The notes below the pieces were generated by a model, which was not told where the DNA came from, did no database searches, and worked only from the letters and a program-made list of their open reading frames with translations. This document shows, in pieces, positions 18,640-26,986 of a stretch of DNA of 64,000 bases (position 1 is its first letter; each line of letters starts with the position of its first letter). The position numbers and the translations under genes are program-made. This DNA comes from a virus, in the IMG/VR virus record IMGVR_UViG_3300029258_001887. One strand, given 5' to 3'.

Positions 18640-19442
18640 TGCGAGATCCGTTTTTTTTCATCGGCGTTTTTGGGCTTCAATCCACGATCTTATCGCACTT
18701 CGACCGATAATATCGAATTATAACAACGTCCGCTTTCGTGTGTCCGATAATACCGACCTTTTTGAGCTAGTCCGAGAAAACCCCGTTTTTATACGCCCAG
18801 AAGGTCGATTTTCCCGGACCTTCCGATAAAACAGCTTACGCTAGTCCTATAACTCGGCCACTTCGTCCGATAAAACCGGCCTGGAGCGGAAAACCGCGAT
18901 ATTATCTACCCTTTCCGATAATCTGCACGTCCGAATGTGCAAAACCGCCCGCAGATACAAGAAAACGTGGACATTATCACACACACCAAACTAGTTCCCG
19001 GACAGAACCGATAAAACGCCCGGCGCAAAGTCCGATAAATTACTGGGTCCGCTCCTTGGTCCGATAACCTTTGCCCGACGCAAAAGGGTCCGATAACGTC
19101 CCGATATGCAAACGTCCTATAACTTCATTCTGGCTGTAGTCCGATAACTCGTGCTTGCGCTATAGTCCCATAATATAGCGCTATGGACCTATAACCTTTC
19201 ACGGGCCAACGTCCGATAACATAGCGCGGTCGGCCTATGTCCGATAACTCCGAGGCATCGGTTGTTCGTCCGATAATGTCACGTTTTTTCGCAAAAAAAC
19301 TCACATTCGATATTCTAGGCCACGTCCTAGAATATCATGCACACGAGCACACAGGGTAAATGATTCCTGGTCAGGTCCGATAAAAGCTCACGGCGGAACG
19401 TCCGATAATTCGGAACGTCCCAGCGAGCCCCAAGGTCCGATA

Positions 19443-19634
19443 TCACGTCGTGGTCCGAATAAGATGCGGAGTATGCCACGTCCGAGAACCACTAACCATG
19501 CGTTGAAATCCTAGTTCAATTATTCTAGGGTCCGATAGCTCGTCGTCGCCAGCCGTAAGGTCCGATATGATGCCGAGGGCCTCTTGGTCCGATAGCTCGT
19601 CGTTGTCCAGTCTTACTGCAATGTACCTTGCCAT
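19443..19634 (-). CDS. hypothetical early protein
   Basis: MARYIAV..; GGGG RBS; LSD tripeptides produced by the repeat. Confidence 0.5.
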   Translation of the reverse strand: MARYIAVRLDNDELSDQEALGIISDLTAGDDELSDPRIIELGFQRMVSGSRTWHTPHLIRTTT

Positions 19635-19778
19635 GTTATCGCCCCTACCACATTGCCAAGGTTATCAGAACCATGTAAAGTACCGTTTTAATCCAGAATC
19701 GTGTCTCACGTCCCATAATTCGGTCCTCCCCAGAGCGAGGTAGGGTCCGAAAACCCTACCCCGCCCAACGTCCGAGAA

Positions 19779-20153
19779 CTACATGCCAGCGTTTCCGCAC
19801 GCATCGTGCGCAGTTATCGGGCGAGCCGAAGCATTATCGGCCACTAGGCGCTCGTCGAATCGGCCTACGTTATCGGCCTCGTCCACGTCCGAGAACATGA
19901 GCTTGCCGATATACCCATAATTGTTGCCCAGATTGCGTTCCAGTGCTGCTTTAGCTCGTTTCTTGGTGGTCCCAAAACCACACGCGCCGTAGGTCCGAGA
20001 ATGAAACGGACCAACCACTTCCGCCCGATAACCGTGGGCGCACTTAACGTACCAGTATTGGACCGTCCGCTTTCGGGACAGTTTATACTGGATTGCTTCG
20101 TCCGATAGTGCCACACGACCCGTCTGCCCGATAACTTTCTGCTTGGTTGTCAT
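19779..20153 (-). CDS. hypothetical early protein
   Basis: GGAG RBS; directly downstream of a consensus promoter. Confidence 0.6.
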   Translation of the reverse strand: MTTKQKVIGQTGRVALSDEAIQYKLSRKRTVQYWYVKCAHGYRAEVVGPFHSRTYGACGFGTTKKRAKAALERNLGNNYGYIGKLMFSDVDEADNVGRFDERLVADNASARPITAHDACGNAGM

Positions 20154-20199
20154 CGTAAATCTCCAAGGTCCGAAAAAGTATCGTTTTCCCTTACACTAT

Positions 20200-20227
20200 A
20201 TTATAGCATATACCAGCAGGATGTCAA
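20200..20227 (-). promoter_or_regulatory. sigma70 promoter TTGACA-N16-(TGc)TATAAT
   Basis: Perfect hexamers plus extended -10 and upstream A-tracts. Confidence 0.75.
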
Positions 20228-20584
20228 GCCCGATAACGAGTTTTTTTCTGGTTTTCTTGCGTCCGATAATCTGCGCCGGATTCTCTCGCGCTGAGATTTC
20301 GTGGTCCGATAACGGAACCGGTCGAATACCGATCGGTTGGTCCCATAACGATTGCAGCACCAGAGCAGTAGTCCGATAACTCCGCACACAACGATGGGGC
20401 CGATAAACTCCCAGATGATTCCGATAACAAACGTCGCGCCGATGATGATTCCGATAACCGACAAGAACAGCTTTGTAAAGTATGAGTAAACTTCCCAGCC
20501 ATCGGGTTTGGCCCGATAATTCTCATCGTTTTTCTTGGTGGCGATAACCATGTCGGAATAGTCCGGTATCAAATCAGGCCCCAT
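20201..20584 (-). CDS. small membrane protein
   Basis: AGGAGG RBS; two hydrophobic segments built from VIG/IIG repeat-encoded tripeptides. Confidence 0.5.
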   Translation of the reverse strand: MGPDLIPDYSDMVIATKKNDENYRAKPDGWEVYSYFTKLFLSVIGIIIGATFVIGIIWEFIGPIVVCGVIGLLLWCCNRYGTNRSVFDRFRYRTTKSQRERIRRRLSDARKPEKNSLSGLTSCWYML

Positions 20585-20609
20585 AACGTCCTCCTTTCGT
20601 GTCCACTAT

Positions 20610-20638
20610 ATTATACCATGCAATCGCCCAGAAGTCCA
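20610..20638 (-). promoter_or_regulatory. sigma70-type promoter TGGACT-N17-(TGg)TATAAT
   Basis: Extended -10 plus upstream A/T tracts. Confidence 0.6.
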
Positions 20639-20941
20639 GGTCCGATAACGCCTTTTTTCGGAAAAATCTTTTGGTCCTATAATGTGCCCCGCTGCGATGC
20701 GCCACGCCCTATGATATTCCTGGCACCATCCGATAATTCCATGCAAGAAAGCACACACACGAAACCATTATACGCCACGTCCTATAATCGCGCACGGCTC
20801 AACGTCCTATAATTCTGAACGTCCTACCGAGGCCAGGGTCCGATAACACACACCAAACTGCTTCTCACATTATCGGACCTTCGCGCACGGCCCAACGTCC
20901 TATAACTCCAGCAGGTCGTCGCCGGTCAACGTCCGATAATC

Positions 20942-21199
20942 TTACAGGATCGGTCCTCCGATAACATTGTTTGCGTATTCCCGAAATCCACCCGCACGTC
21001 TGATAACGTCCATGTCAACGTCCGATACTGTCCATTCTATTGTACCGATGCAACATTCCGATAATGGTAGGTGATCCTGGGTATGGTCCGGTAACCGATT
21101 CCGCAGGATGCCGTCAATTATCGGTCGTTCCCATAATGTTCCTGCTGCTTCCGCTATCACTTGAAATTCTTCTGGTCCGCTAACTCGGTATCTTGCCAT
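20942..21199 (-). CDS. hypothetical early protein
   Basis: MARYRVSG..; GGGAG RBS. Confidence 0.5.
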   Translation of the reverse strand: MARYRVSGPEEFQVIAEAAGTLWERPIIDGILRNRLPDHTQDHLPLSECCIGTIEWTVSDVDMDVIRRAGGFREYANNVIGGPIL

Positions 21200-21399
21200 G
21201 TTATCGCTCCCTTCAACGTCTGATAATCTGGTCGCGCGGTACCCATTGTCCGATATTGTCGGCCATATCGGCGTCCGTTTTGGTCCAATAAATCTGCCAG
21301 TATTCACATCGTCGGCCCGGTTTAGTACGTCCGGTAAGATACCCAACCAGCGTATCGTGTCCGATAAGCGTAACAAGTGTCCCTTTAATCGGCTCCATG

Positions 21400-21630
21400 T
21401 TATCGCTCCCTTCTCAGTGTTCCGATAACTACTTCATTCCGTAGGGTATCGTATCCGATAACTTTCTCGGTTCCGTCCGATAGCGTAACAAACACGAACT
21501 CATGTTCGTCCGATAATAGCATCCCGAACAGTCTGCCGTAGGACATGGCGAGCGCGTCCGATAAGCCGTCTTCCCGTATCGCATCGGAGTTATCGGTCGC
21601 CGGAACTTCAAGTCTTGCTTTACCTAGCAT
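21400..21630 (-). CDS. hypothetical early protein
   Basis: AGGAG RBS. Confidence 0.5.
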   Translation of the reverse strand: MLGKARLEVPATDNSDAIREDGLSDALAMSYGRLFGMLLSDEHEFVFVTLSDGTEKVIGYDTLRNEVVIGTLRRER

Positions 21631-21644
21631 GGTACGTCTCCTGA

Positions 21645-21899
21645 TTATCGGGCAGAGCCCACAAGGTCCGATACTAGAATGTACTGCTCACAGGCCCGAT
21701 AACTCGGCCAGTTTTCGGGCGGTCGAAAGGCCGATATTCCCGGCAATTCACGAACAGGGTTATCGGTCACAGAAACGATCTCGGCTGATTCCGATAATTT
21801 CAGCCAGTCCACTAGGTCCGATACGTAAAGCGCGGGAACCACAGCGTACATTTTGTGCCGATAATCCGTAGTCCGATAGGTAACCAGCATCCACTTCAT
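21645..21899 (-). CDS. hypothetical early protein
   Basis: GGGGTG RBS. Confidence 0.45.
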   Translation of the reverse strand: MKWMLVTYRTTDYRHKMYAVVPALYVSDLVDWLKLSESAEIVSVTDNPVRELPGISAFRPPENWPSYRACEQYILVSDLVGSAR

Positions 21900-21911
21900 A
21901 GTTATCACCCC

Positions 21912-22094
21912 TTACAGGATACGTCCGTTATAGGAACCTTTACACCGATTAAAGCTCAGCCTGATTCCGTTTATCGCACCTAGCACAGCGATTCCAGCCA
22001 CAACGTACAGGCCGTTTATCGGATCATTCGATACCCAAGCCACAACGTCCGATACTGCGTTCTCGGCTGCTTGCTTCAAGGTCTGATAATCCAT
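21912..22094 (-). CDS. small membrane peptide
   Basis: AAGGA RBS; one TM segment; downstream of a promoter. Confidence 0.5.
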   Translation of the reverse strand: MDYQTLKQAAENAVSDVVAWVSNDPINGLYVVAGIAVLGAINGIRLSFNRCKGSYNGRIL

Positions 22095-22133
22095 CGTGTT
22101 TTCCTTTCGTGTTATCGTTTCCCCTACATTCTA

Positions 22134-22162
22134 ATTGTAGGATACAATCGGCAAGAATGCAA
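22134..22162 (-). promoter_or_regulatory. sigma70-type promoter TTGCAT-N17-TACAAT
   Basis: Consensus-like, with T-tracts upstream. Confidence 0.6.
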
Positions 22163-22584
22163 GAAACAAAAAGAAAAAAGTTGAGTCCGATAACCATACC
22201 TTGCATGTCATGCAAGAACATAGTCTGATAACACATCACGTCCGATAATTTTCTCGGATCGGTTGGGATTGGTTGGTCCGATAACTTTCGCTGGGTAGGG
22301 GTCCGATAACTCGGCTCTGGGGGTATGCCCGATAAATGCGCATGTCCGATAACTGGGGCGGGTCCGAAAACCGCTGGGGGTGCAATCACAACCGGGTCGA
22401 TTTTCTAAGCGGTACCCACTTTTCGTGTACACTCTTTCTCGTATCACCCGCCTTGTCGTCCACAATCCTGTGCATTACCCGCTTTACCGTCCACGATCCT
22501 GAACATGGGGGTACCCCTTTCTCAACCCCTGAATCAACCGCTTTATCAGACATGCCTTCACCTGAAAAAAAATCGGGGGGCTGT

Positions 22585-22613
22585 CGAACAGGGAGGGCAG
22601 TTGCACGTATAAT
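22585..22613 (+). promoter_or_regulatory. CGAACA-N17-TATAAT promoter (putative middle class)
   Basis: Same architecture at 39313-39285(-) and 53341-53369(+); heads the plus-strand block. Confidence 0.65.
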
Positions 22614-22651
22614 AAGATAGCAGCGAGACGCTGCTCTCAGGAGCTTCGCAC

Positions 22652-22861
22652 ATGAAGAAAGTGCATCACGTTAGCGGTTGCAACTTCAGAAACATGATCA
22701 CCACCGATGACTGGAGTGAAGTCACCTGTCTCCATTGCCTGAAAAGCAGGCCAGACACGAAAAGGCGGGTACGCGATATCCATGCTACCGTGCAGCCGAC
22801 ACCCCGAGACCGGTACACAAACGAGCGGGAACAGCTAGACTTCACGTATCGGAGAGAGTAG
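22652..22861 (+). CDS. hypothetical protein
   Basis: AGGAG RBS; VTCLHC. Confidence 0.5.
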   Translation: MKKVHHVSGCNFRNMITTDDWSEVTCLHCLKSRPDTKRRVRDIHATVQPTPRDRYTNEREQLDFTYRRE

Positions 22862-23092
22862 ATGCACTGGGTTTCGAACCTGAGAAAAGAACTCAAAGAG
22901 GCAAAAGCCCTCAACGAGAAACAACGTAGAACCATCAGTGGTCTTAAGGCTTGCCTGTGGATTGCGATGCTCGGATGGATGCTCACTTTGGCGTCTGGCA
23001 TCGCTTTATGGAAACTGCAAGAGTCCCAACCCATACCCCCGATACGTCTTTTGGAACCAGATTTTGGATGGGGGTTCAACCGTGGCAACTAG
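22862..23092 (+). CDS. small membrane protein
   Basis: One TM segment. Confidence 0.5.
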   Translation: MHWVSNLRKELKEAKALNEKQRRTISGLKACLWIAMLGWMLTLASGIALWKLQESQPIPPIRLLEPDFGWGFNRGN

Positions 23093-23266
23093 CCTACATC
23101 CCAACCACTGGGCTCTGAACTGCTTCAAACAGGTGATGAGTACCAAGCAACTCCAGGATGTTCTCGACAAGCATGGGTCTTGGGTGTTCAAGAATGGTCA
23201 GAGGGCCGATATCAAGAGCAAGAGGATTGGTCCTGGGCGATATGAAGTGTGGCTGGAGACAACGAC

Positions 23267-23548
23267 ATGAGCGAGTATGTCCGACTCAATTGTATGTGCT
23301 GTAACAGGATCGTTGAGGGTGACGTGAACGAAAACCCCCTGGTCATTTCTCCTGTCTACAACGGCTTGATTTTCCGGGCGACGGGTAATTTCGGGTCCAC
23401 GGTTTTTGACCCAATGCCTATCGGCGTAGAGGAAATCCTACAGGTGGTCATCTGTGACGATTGTATGAAGAAGAAGGCCAAGCGGGTGACGCGGATTCAT
23501 AATATCCAGCGTGAGATGACCGCCGAACGTGGAGAGTTCACACCGTGA
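23267..23548 (+). CDS. Zn-binding hypothetical protein
   Basis: CMCC..GNFGSTVFD..ICDDC. Confidence 0.6.
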   Translation: MSEYVRLNCMCCNRIVEGDVNENPLVISPVYNGLIFRATGNFGSTVFDPMPIGVEEILQVVICDDCMKKKAKRVTRIHNIQREMTAERGEFTP

Positions 23549-23838
23549 CCGTACATGACCCAGTTTGCCAAGCGATGTATGATCTTTTTTCTAAGCCAAA
23601 AGGCACTGCGACCAACGATGATTGGGCCAAAGTTTGGAAGGCGGTTGGTGACTGGAAAAGATTCCACAAGAGAATCAATGTGGATAAGACCTGTGTCGCC
23701 GCCGATATTTGTATGTCGCTGAGCAAATACGACAAGGACAATCGCAGCCCGCTACAACGACACTATTTCTGGACTGGTATTCGTGTGTGGGTGAGTTATT
23801 GGGCTAAGAATAACGGACTGGAGCCATTGGTATGTTAG
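23545..23838 (+). CDS. hypothetical protein
   Basis: GTGA coupling to upstream gene. Confidence 0.5.
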   Translation: MTVHDPVCQAMYDLFSKPKGTATNDDWAKVWKAVGDWKRFHKRINVDKTCVAADICMSLSKYDKDNRSPLQRHYFWTGIRVWVSYWAKNNGLEPLVC

Positions 23839-24227
23839 CTTTCGAGATGTGTCCCAGGTGTACAAATATCCACAAGCTCTCACCAGAGAGATTGAAGCCC
23901 ATGGTGTTGTCCGGTGACGATCAAAAAATGCAGTGCGATGTTTGCAACCATAGCTTCAAGCTGCCGGATTGCGAGTCGCTTCGAGAGTTGGCCCGACAGC
24001 AAAGGGGTAGGCGATACGCTGATCCCGATTGTCCACACTGCAAGGGTGAGGGTCGGAAGGCTGGTACCGGGATGGTTGCTGGCGAGATAATCACCTGCTC
24101 ATGTGTGAGTAACAGGTTGGTTGCAGAAGCGAAGAAGTGGTATCGATGTGGCTGCGGGAATGAAATCCCGACAGGTGAGTTCTGCATCGATTGTGATTTG
24201 GAAAGGGATTTACATGAGAATCAGTGA
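23832..24227 (+). CDS. multi Zn-finger protein
   Basis: CPRC, CDVC, DPDCPHCKG..CSC, CGCG..CIDC. Confidence 0.55.
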   Translation: MLAFEMCPRCTNIHKLSPERLKPMVLSGDDQKMQCDVCNHSFKLPDCESLRELARQQRGRRYADPDCPHCKGEGRKAGTGMVAGEIITCSCVSNRLVAEAKKWYRCGCGNEIPTGEFCIDCDLERDLHENQ

Positions 24228-25008
24228 TACCCCCATTGTCGCGTTGGACTTGGAAACCGGTGGTCTGACCCCCGGTAAGCATACGCCGTTGGCGATCGGC
24301 GCTGTTTGGCTGGACAGTCCCAGGTTACCAGTCGATGAAACGAATTCTTTCTATGCCCAGCTTGAGTTCCCCCTCTACGTGACCACCCCTGACGCGATGA
24401 GAATTAACAAGCTCGATCTGGCAAATCCCCCCGGTCCACAAGGCACTCTCGCTAACCGAAGCTATCCTGTCGAAGAGGCCATGCACCTTTTCAAGCAGTG
24501 GCTCTCTACCCGTCTACAGGACAGACCAATCCATGCTCTCGGTATGAACGTAGGGTCTTTCGATCTCCCTATGCTACGTTCCATCTGGCAAGGCCCCTGG
24601 CCATTCCATTACCGTTCTATCGATTTGAACAGTCTGTTCTTCGCTTTGTCCCAGGTTCAGAATAAGCCATACAGTGCTGTGAAGGAAGAGGTGGTCAAGC
24701 AGGCGTGGGCCAAGAGCGAGTTCCCAGGTATGGAGCATAACGCGCTGGCTGACGCTTGGATGGCGGTCCACGCATGGGATGAGTGTATCCGACAACTAAC
24801 CAGGAATGGCAAGGATGTCGGTGAGCACATGAGATATCTTGGTGTCTTGTCGTTGCTTGGTGATTGTTCGGAAATGGTGGATGGCGAAACCAGAGAGAGT
24901 ATCGATCTGGCCCTGACCGATGCCGCACGGAATATTGACAATCTTGAAGTAAAGACTCGTGGGAATCGGGTGTGGGTCGAATTGACCGACGTTCCGAGGG
25001 GGGATTAA
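24214..25008 (+). CDS. DEDDh 3'-5' exonuclease (DnaQ/RNase T-like)
   Basis: ALDLETGG, NVGSFD, HNALADA. Confidence 0.85.
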   Translation: MRISDTPIVALDLETGGLTPGKHTPLAIGAVWLDSPRLPVDETNSFYAQLEFPLYVTTPDAMRINKLDLANPPGPQGTLANRSYPVEEAMHLFKQWLSTRLQDRPIHALGMNVGSFDLPMLRSIWQGPWPFHYRSIDLNSLFFALSQVQNKPYSAVKEEVVKQAWAKSEFPGMEHNALADAWMAVHAWDECIRQLTRNGKDVGEHMRYLGVLSLLGDCSEMVDGETRESIDLALTDAARNIDNLEVKTRGNRVWVELTDVPRGD

Positions 25009-25376
25009 ATGGCACCATGCGTTGTGAGCGAAGGCGTGAAGGCGTGGGTAACAACCACAGGAGGCCACGGGCTGAGTTCGCCGCAGTCTGAGAGCAACGT
25101 ATCGGAGGGTGGTACGCCAGCGTCGGTTTCACTTTTACCGGAGATACACTAGGATGATTCCAACCAGAGAAATCTGTAAAATTTGCTATCATGTTAATCC
25201 TATTGGATTTAAGGTGCCGCAGAAAATATGGTCAGCAGTTAATCCATTACAGGAGAATGATTGTACAATTTGTTTGTCCTGTTTTACTCGCCTTGCAGAT
25301 GAAAAAATGATTAAATGGGACAAAGATATTAAATTATTTCCAGTTAGTTTGAAAACGCATTTGGAAGGATGCAAAT

Positions 25377-25607
25377 ATGGCGATTAAAGCACCGATCTTC
25401 AAAGAAGAGGGAGTCGTCGGCAATCCTGAATTGTTGGATCAACTAAATGCGGCTGTTGAAGAATTGGCTACTCAGATGAAAGCCACCGTTCCGATAAAGA
25501 AGGGTGCGGCGAGAATCGGCTTTGGTGTGAATAAATTACAACGTGGTATAGAGGCTGATAGGGTGATCGCCATTGCCAAGGCTATCAAATCTCTCAAAGG
25601 ATGGTAG
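25377..25607 (+). CDS. hypothetical protein
   Basis: ORF track; locally AT-rich. Confidence 0.5.
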   Translation: MAIKAPIFKEEGVVGNPELLDQLNAAVEELATQMKATVPIKKGAARIGFGVNKLQRGIEADRVIAIAKAIKSLKGW

Positions 25608-25611
25608 GATT

Positions 25612-26124
25612 ATGATAACAGAAACTTGGCGAGATATTATTGGGTATGAGGGACTGTATCGGATATCGTCCGAAGGTCGCATTATGAGCCGCTACCGAAG
25701 ACCGGAAGCAAAAGGACATATAAGGGAGACGTATCTCGACAGCGAAGGATATCCGCAGGTGCGATTAGTCAAGGATGGGGTTACAGTCTGTTATCGCGTT
25801 CACTATTTGGTACTGCTTTCTTTCCGTGGCCCCAGACCCCAAGGCTACCAATGCCTTCATGGCGACGGCAATCGGCAGAATGTCAGGTTGGATAACCTTC
25901 GATGGGGTACGCAGTACGAAAATGCAGCCGATGCTGTTCGCCATGGGACACAGGTTCGTGGCGAGACCAACGGTAGGTCTAAATTGACAGAGGCCCAGGT
26001 CGCAACAATCAAGAAGTTGTTGACTGCTGGCCACAGCTTGCGCAATCTTGGTAGGCGATTTGGGGTAGATCATACGACGATTGGTGCGATAAAGCGGGGA
26101 AAGTCGTGGGGGCATCTACCATGA
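25612..26124 (+). CDS. NUMOD4-HNH homing endonuclease
   Basis: ETWRDIIGYEGLYRISSEGRI; VHYLV..HGDGNRQNVRLDNLRWGT..EN; C-terminal HTH. Confidence 0.9.
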   Translation: MITETWRDIIGYEGLYRISSEGRIMSRYRRPEAKGHIRETYLDSEGYPQVRLVKDGVTVCYRVHYLVLLSFRGPRPQGYQCLHGDGNRQNVRLDNLRWGTQYENAADAVRHGTQVRGETNGRSKLTEAQVATIKKLLTAGHSLRNLGRRFGVDHTTIGAIKRGKSWGHLP

Positions 26125-26570
26125 AGCGATTCATTTTTAAGCACGTCAGGAACCACGAACATGGTTTCGCCGTGGGATTACGATTGGGTCGCCGTGGGTA
26201 TCTTGGATGGCTTGGATATGGCCGACCCGTGTGGTGGAAGCCACGCTTGCTCAATGACGGGGCAAGATTAGGGTTTGGCCTTGGATGGTTGCTACTGTGT
26301 TTTCAGGTGAAGATAGTCGAGTTGGAGATTCCTAAGCAATGAAGCTTGGTGGAGACATATATTTGGAACTCAGACGGAAATGTATGGCACTTCATACTAG
26401 TGTCCACGCTCCGTGCTTTGTGTGTACAGCCAAGCTTCTTAGTCGATACGAAGAGGTAGCTGCTACCGCAGAAACGGTAATGCAGCGAGGTTTTGGTGTA
26501 GATGGTGAAATCGCTCAAGATATGGGTGCTGCACTAGAACGGCTGAGGAACTTTGAGTGTGGAGAATAGC

Positions 26571-26756
26571 ATGAACGTTGGTGACACAGTGAAGATCGTG
26601 AAGTGTGTGGAGTGTCCTGCCATTGTTGGCAAGACCGCGAAGGTGAAGGCTGTTGACGACCAGGAGGTATCGTTGAACTATGGTCGTGGTCAGCCACAGG
26701 CTAATCGTCCTAGCGAATTGAGTCGGGACGATGTTTCCTTGGTAGGAGGGGAGTAA
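26571..26756 (+). CDS. KOW-like small protein
   Basis: MNVGDTVKIV pattern. Confidence 0.5.
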   Translation: MNVGDTVKIVKCVECPAIVGKTAKVKAVDDQEVSLNYGRGQPQANRPSELSRDDVSLVGGE

Positions 26757-26758
26757 CG

Positions 26759-26968
26759 ATGCGAAGATGGCTTGCTGCTTTGGCGTGTACCGCTGTGTTG
26801 GCGGTTGGCCCGTGCGGCGTGGACTCGTGGAACTTGGCCGTTGGGCCGGTTCTCAACGGCGAAACGCTTTATGGTGGGGTGGAACTGGAATTCTCAAATG
26901 GCTTTGATCTGATCATTCCGGTTACGCCACTTGGTGACAATCTTGGCGGTGGCTGGCTGGGCCACTAA
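26759..26968 (+). CDS. small secreted or lipoprotein-like peptide
   Basis: Signal-peptide-like MRRWLAALACTAVLAVGPC; GGAG RBS. Confidence 0.5.
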   Translation: MRRWLAALACTAVLAVGPCGVDSWNLAVGPVLNGETLYGGVELEFSNGFDLIIPVTPLGDNLGGGWLGH

Positions 26969-26986
26969 TAACGGAGAAAAGTGCTG

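Larger units (their letters stand above)
17783..22370. repeat. dispersed polar array of the 9-mer GTCCGATAA (variants GTCCTATAA, GTCCGAGAA, GTCCCATAA)
   Basis: Roughly 100 exact or degenerate copies by eye, spaced about 20-40 bp, e.g. 18742, 18865, 19030, 19059, 19088, 19139, 19211; rare elsewhere in the window. Confidence 0.92.

Noticed and set aside
17783-22370. CRISPR array
   Set aside because: The repeat is only about 9 bp, degenerate, irregularly spaced, occurs in both orientations and runs through ORFs; no cas genes are visible
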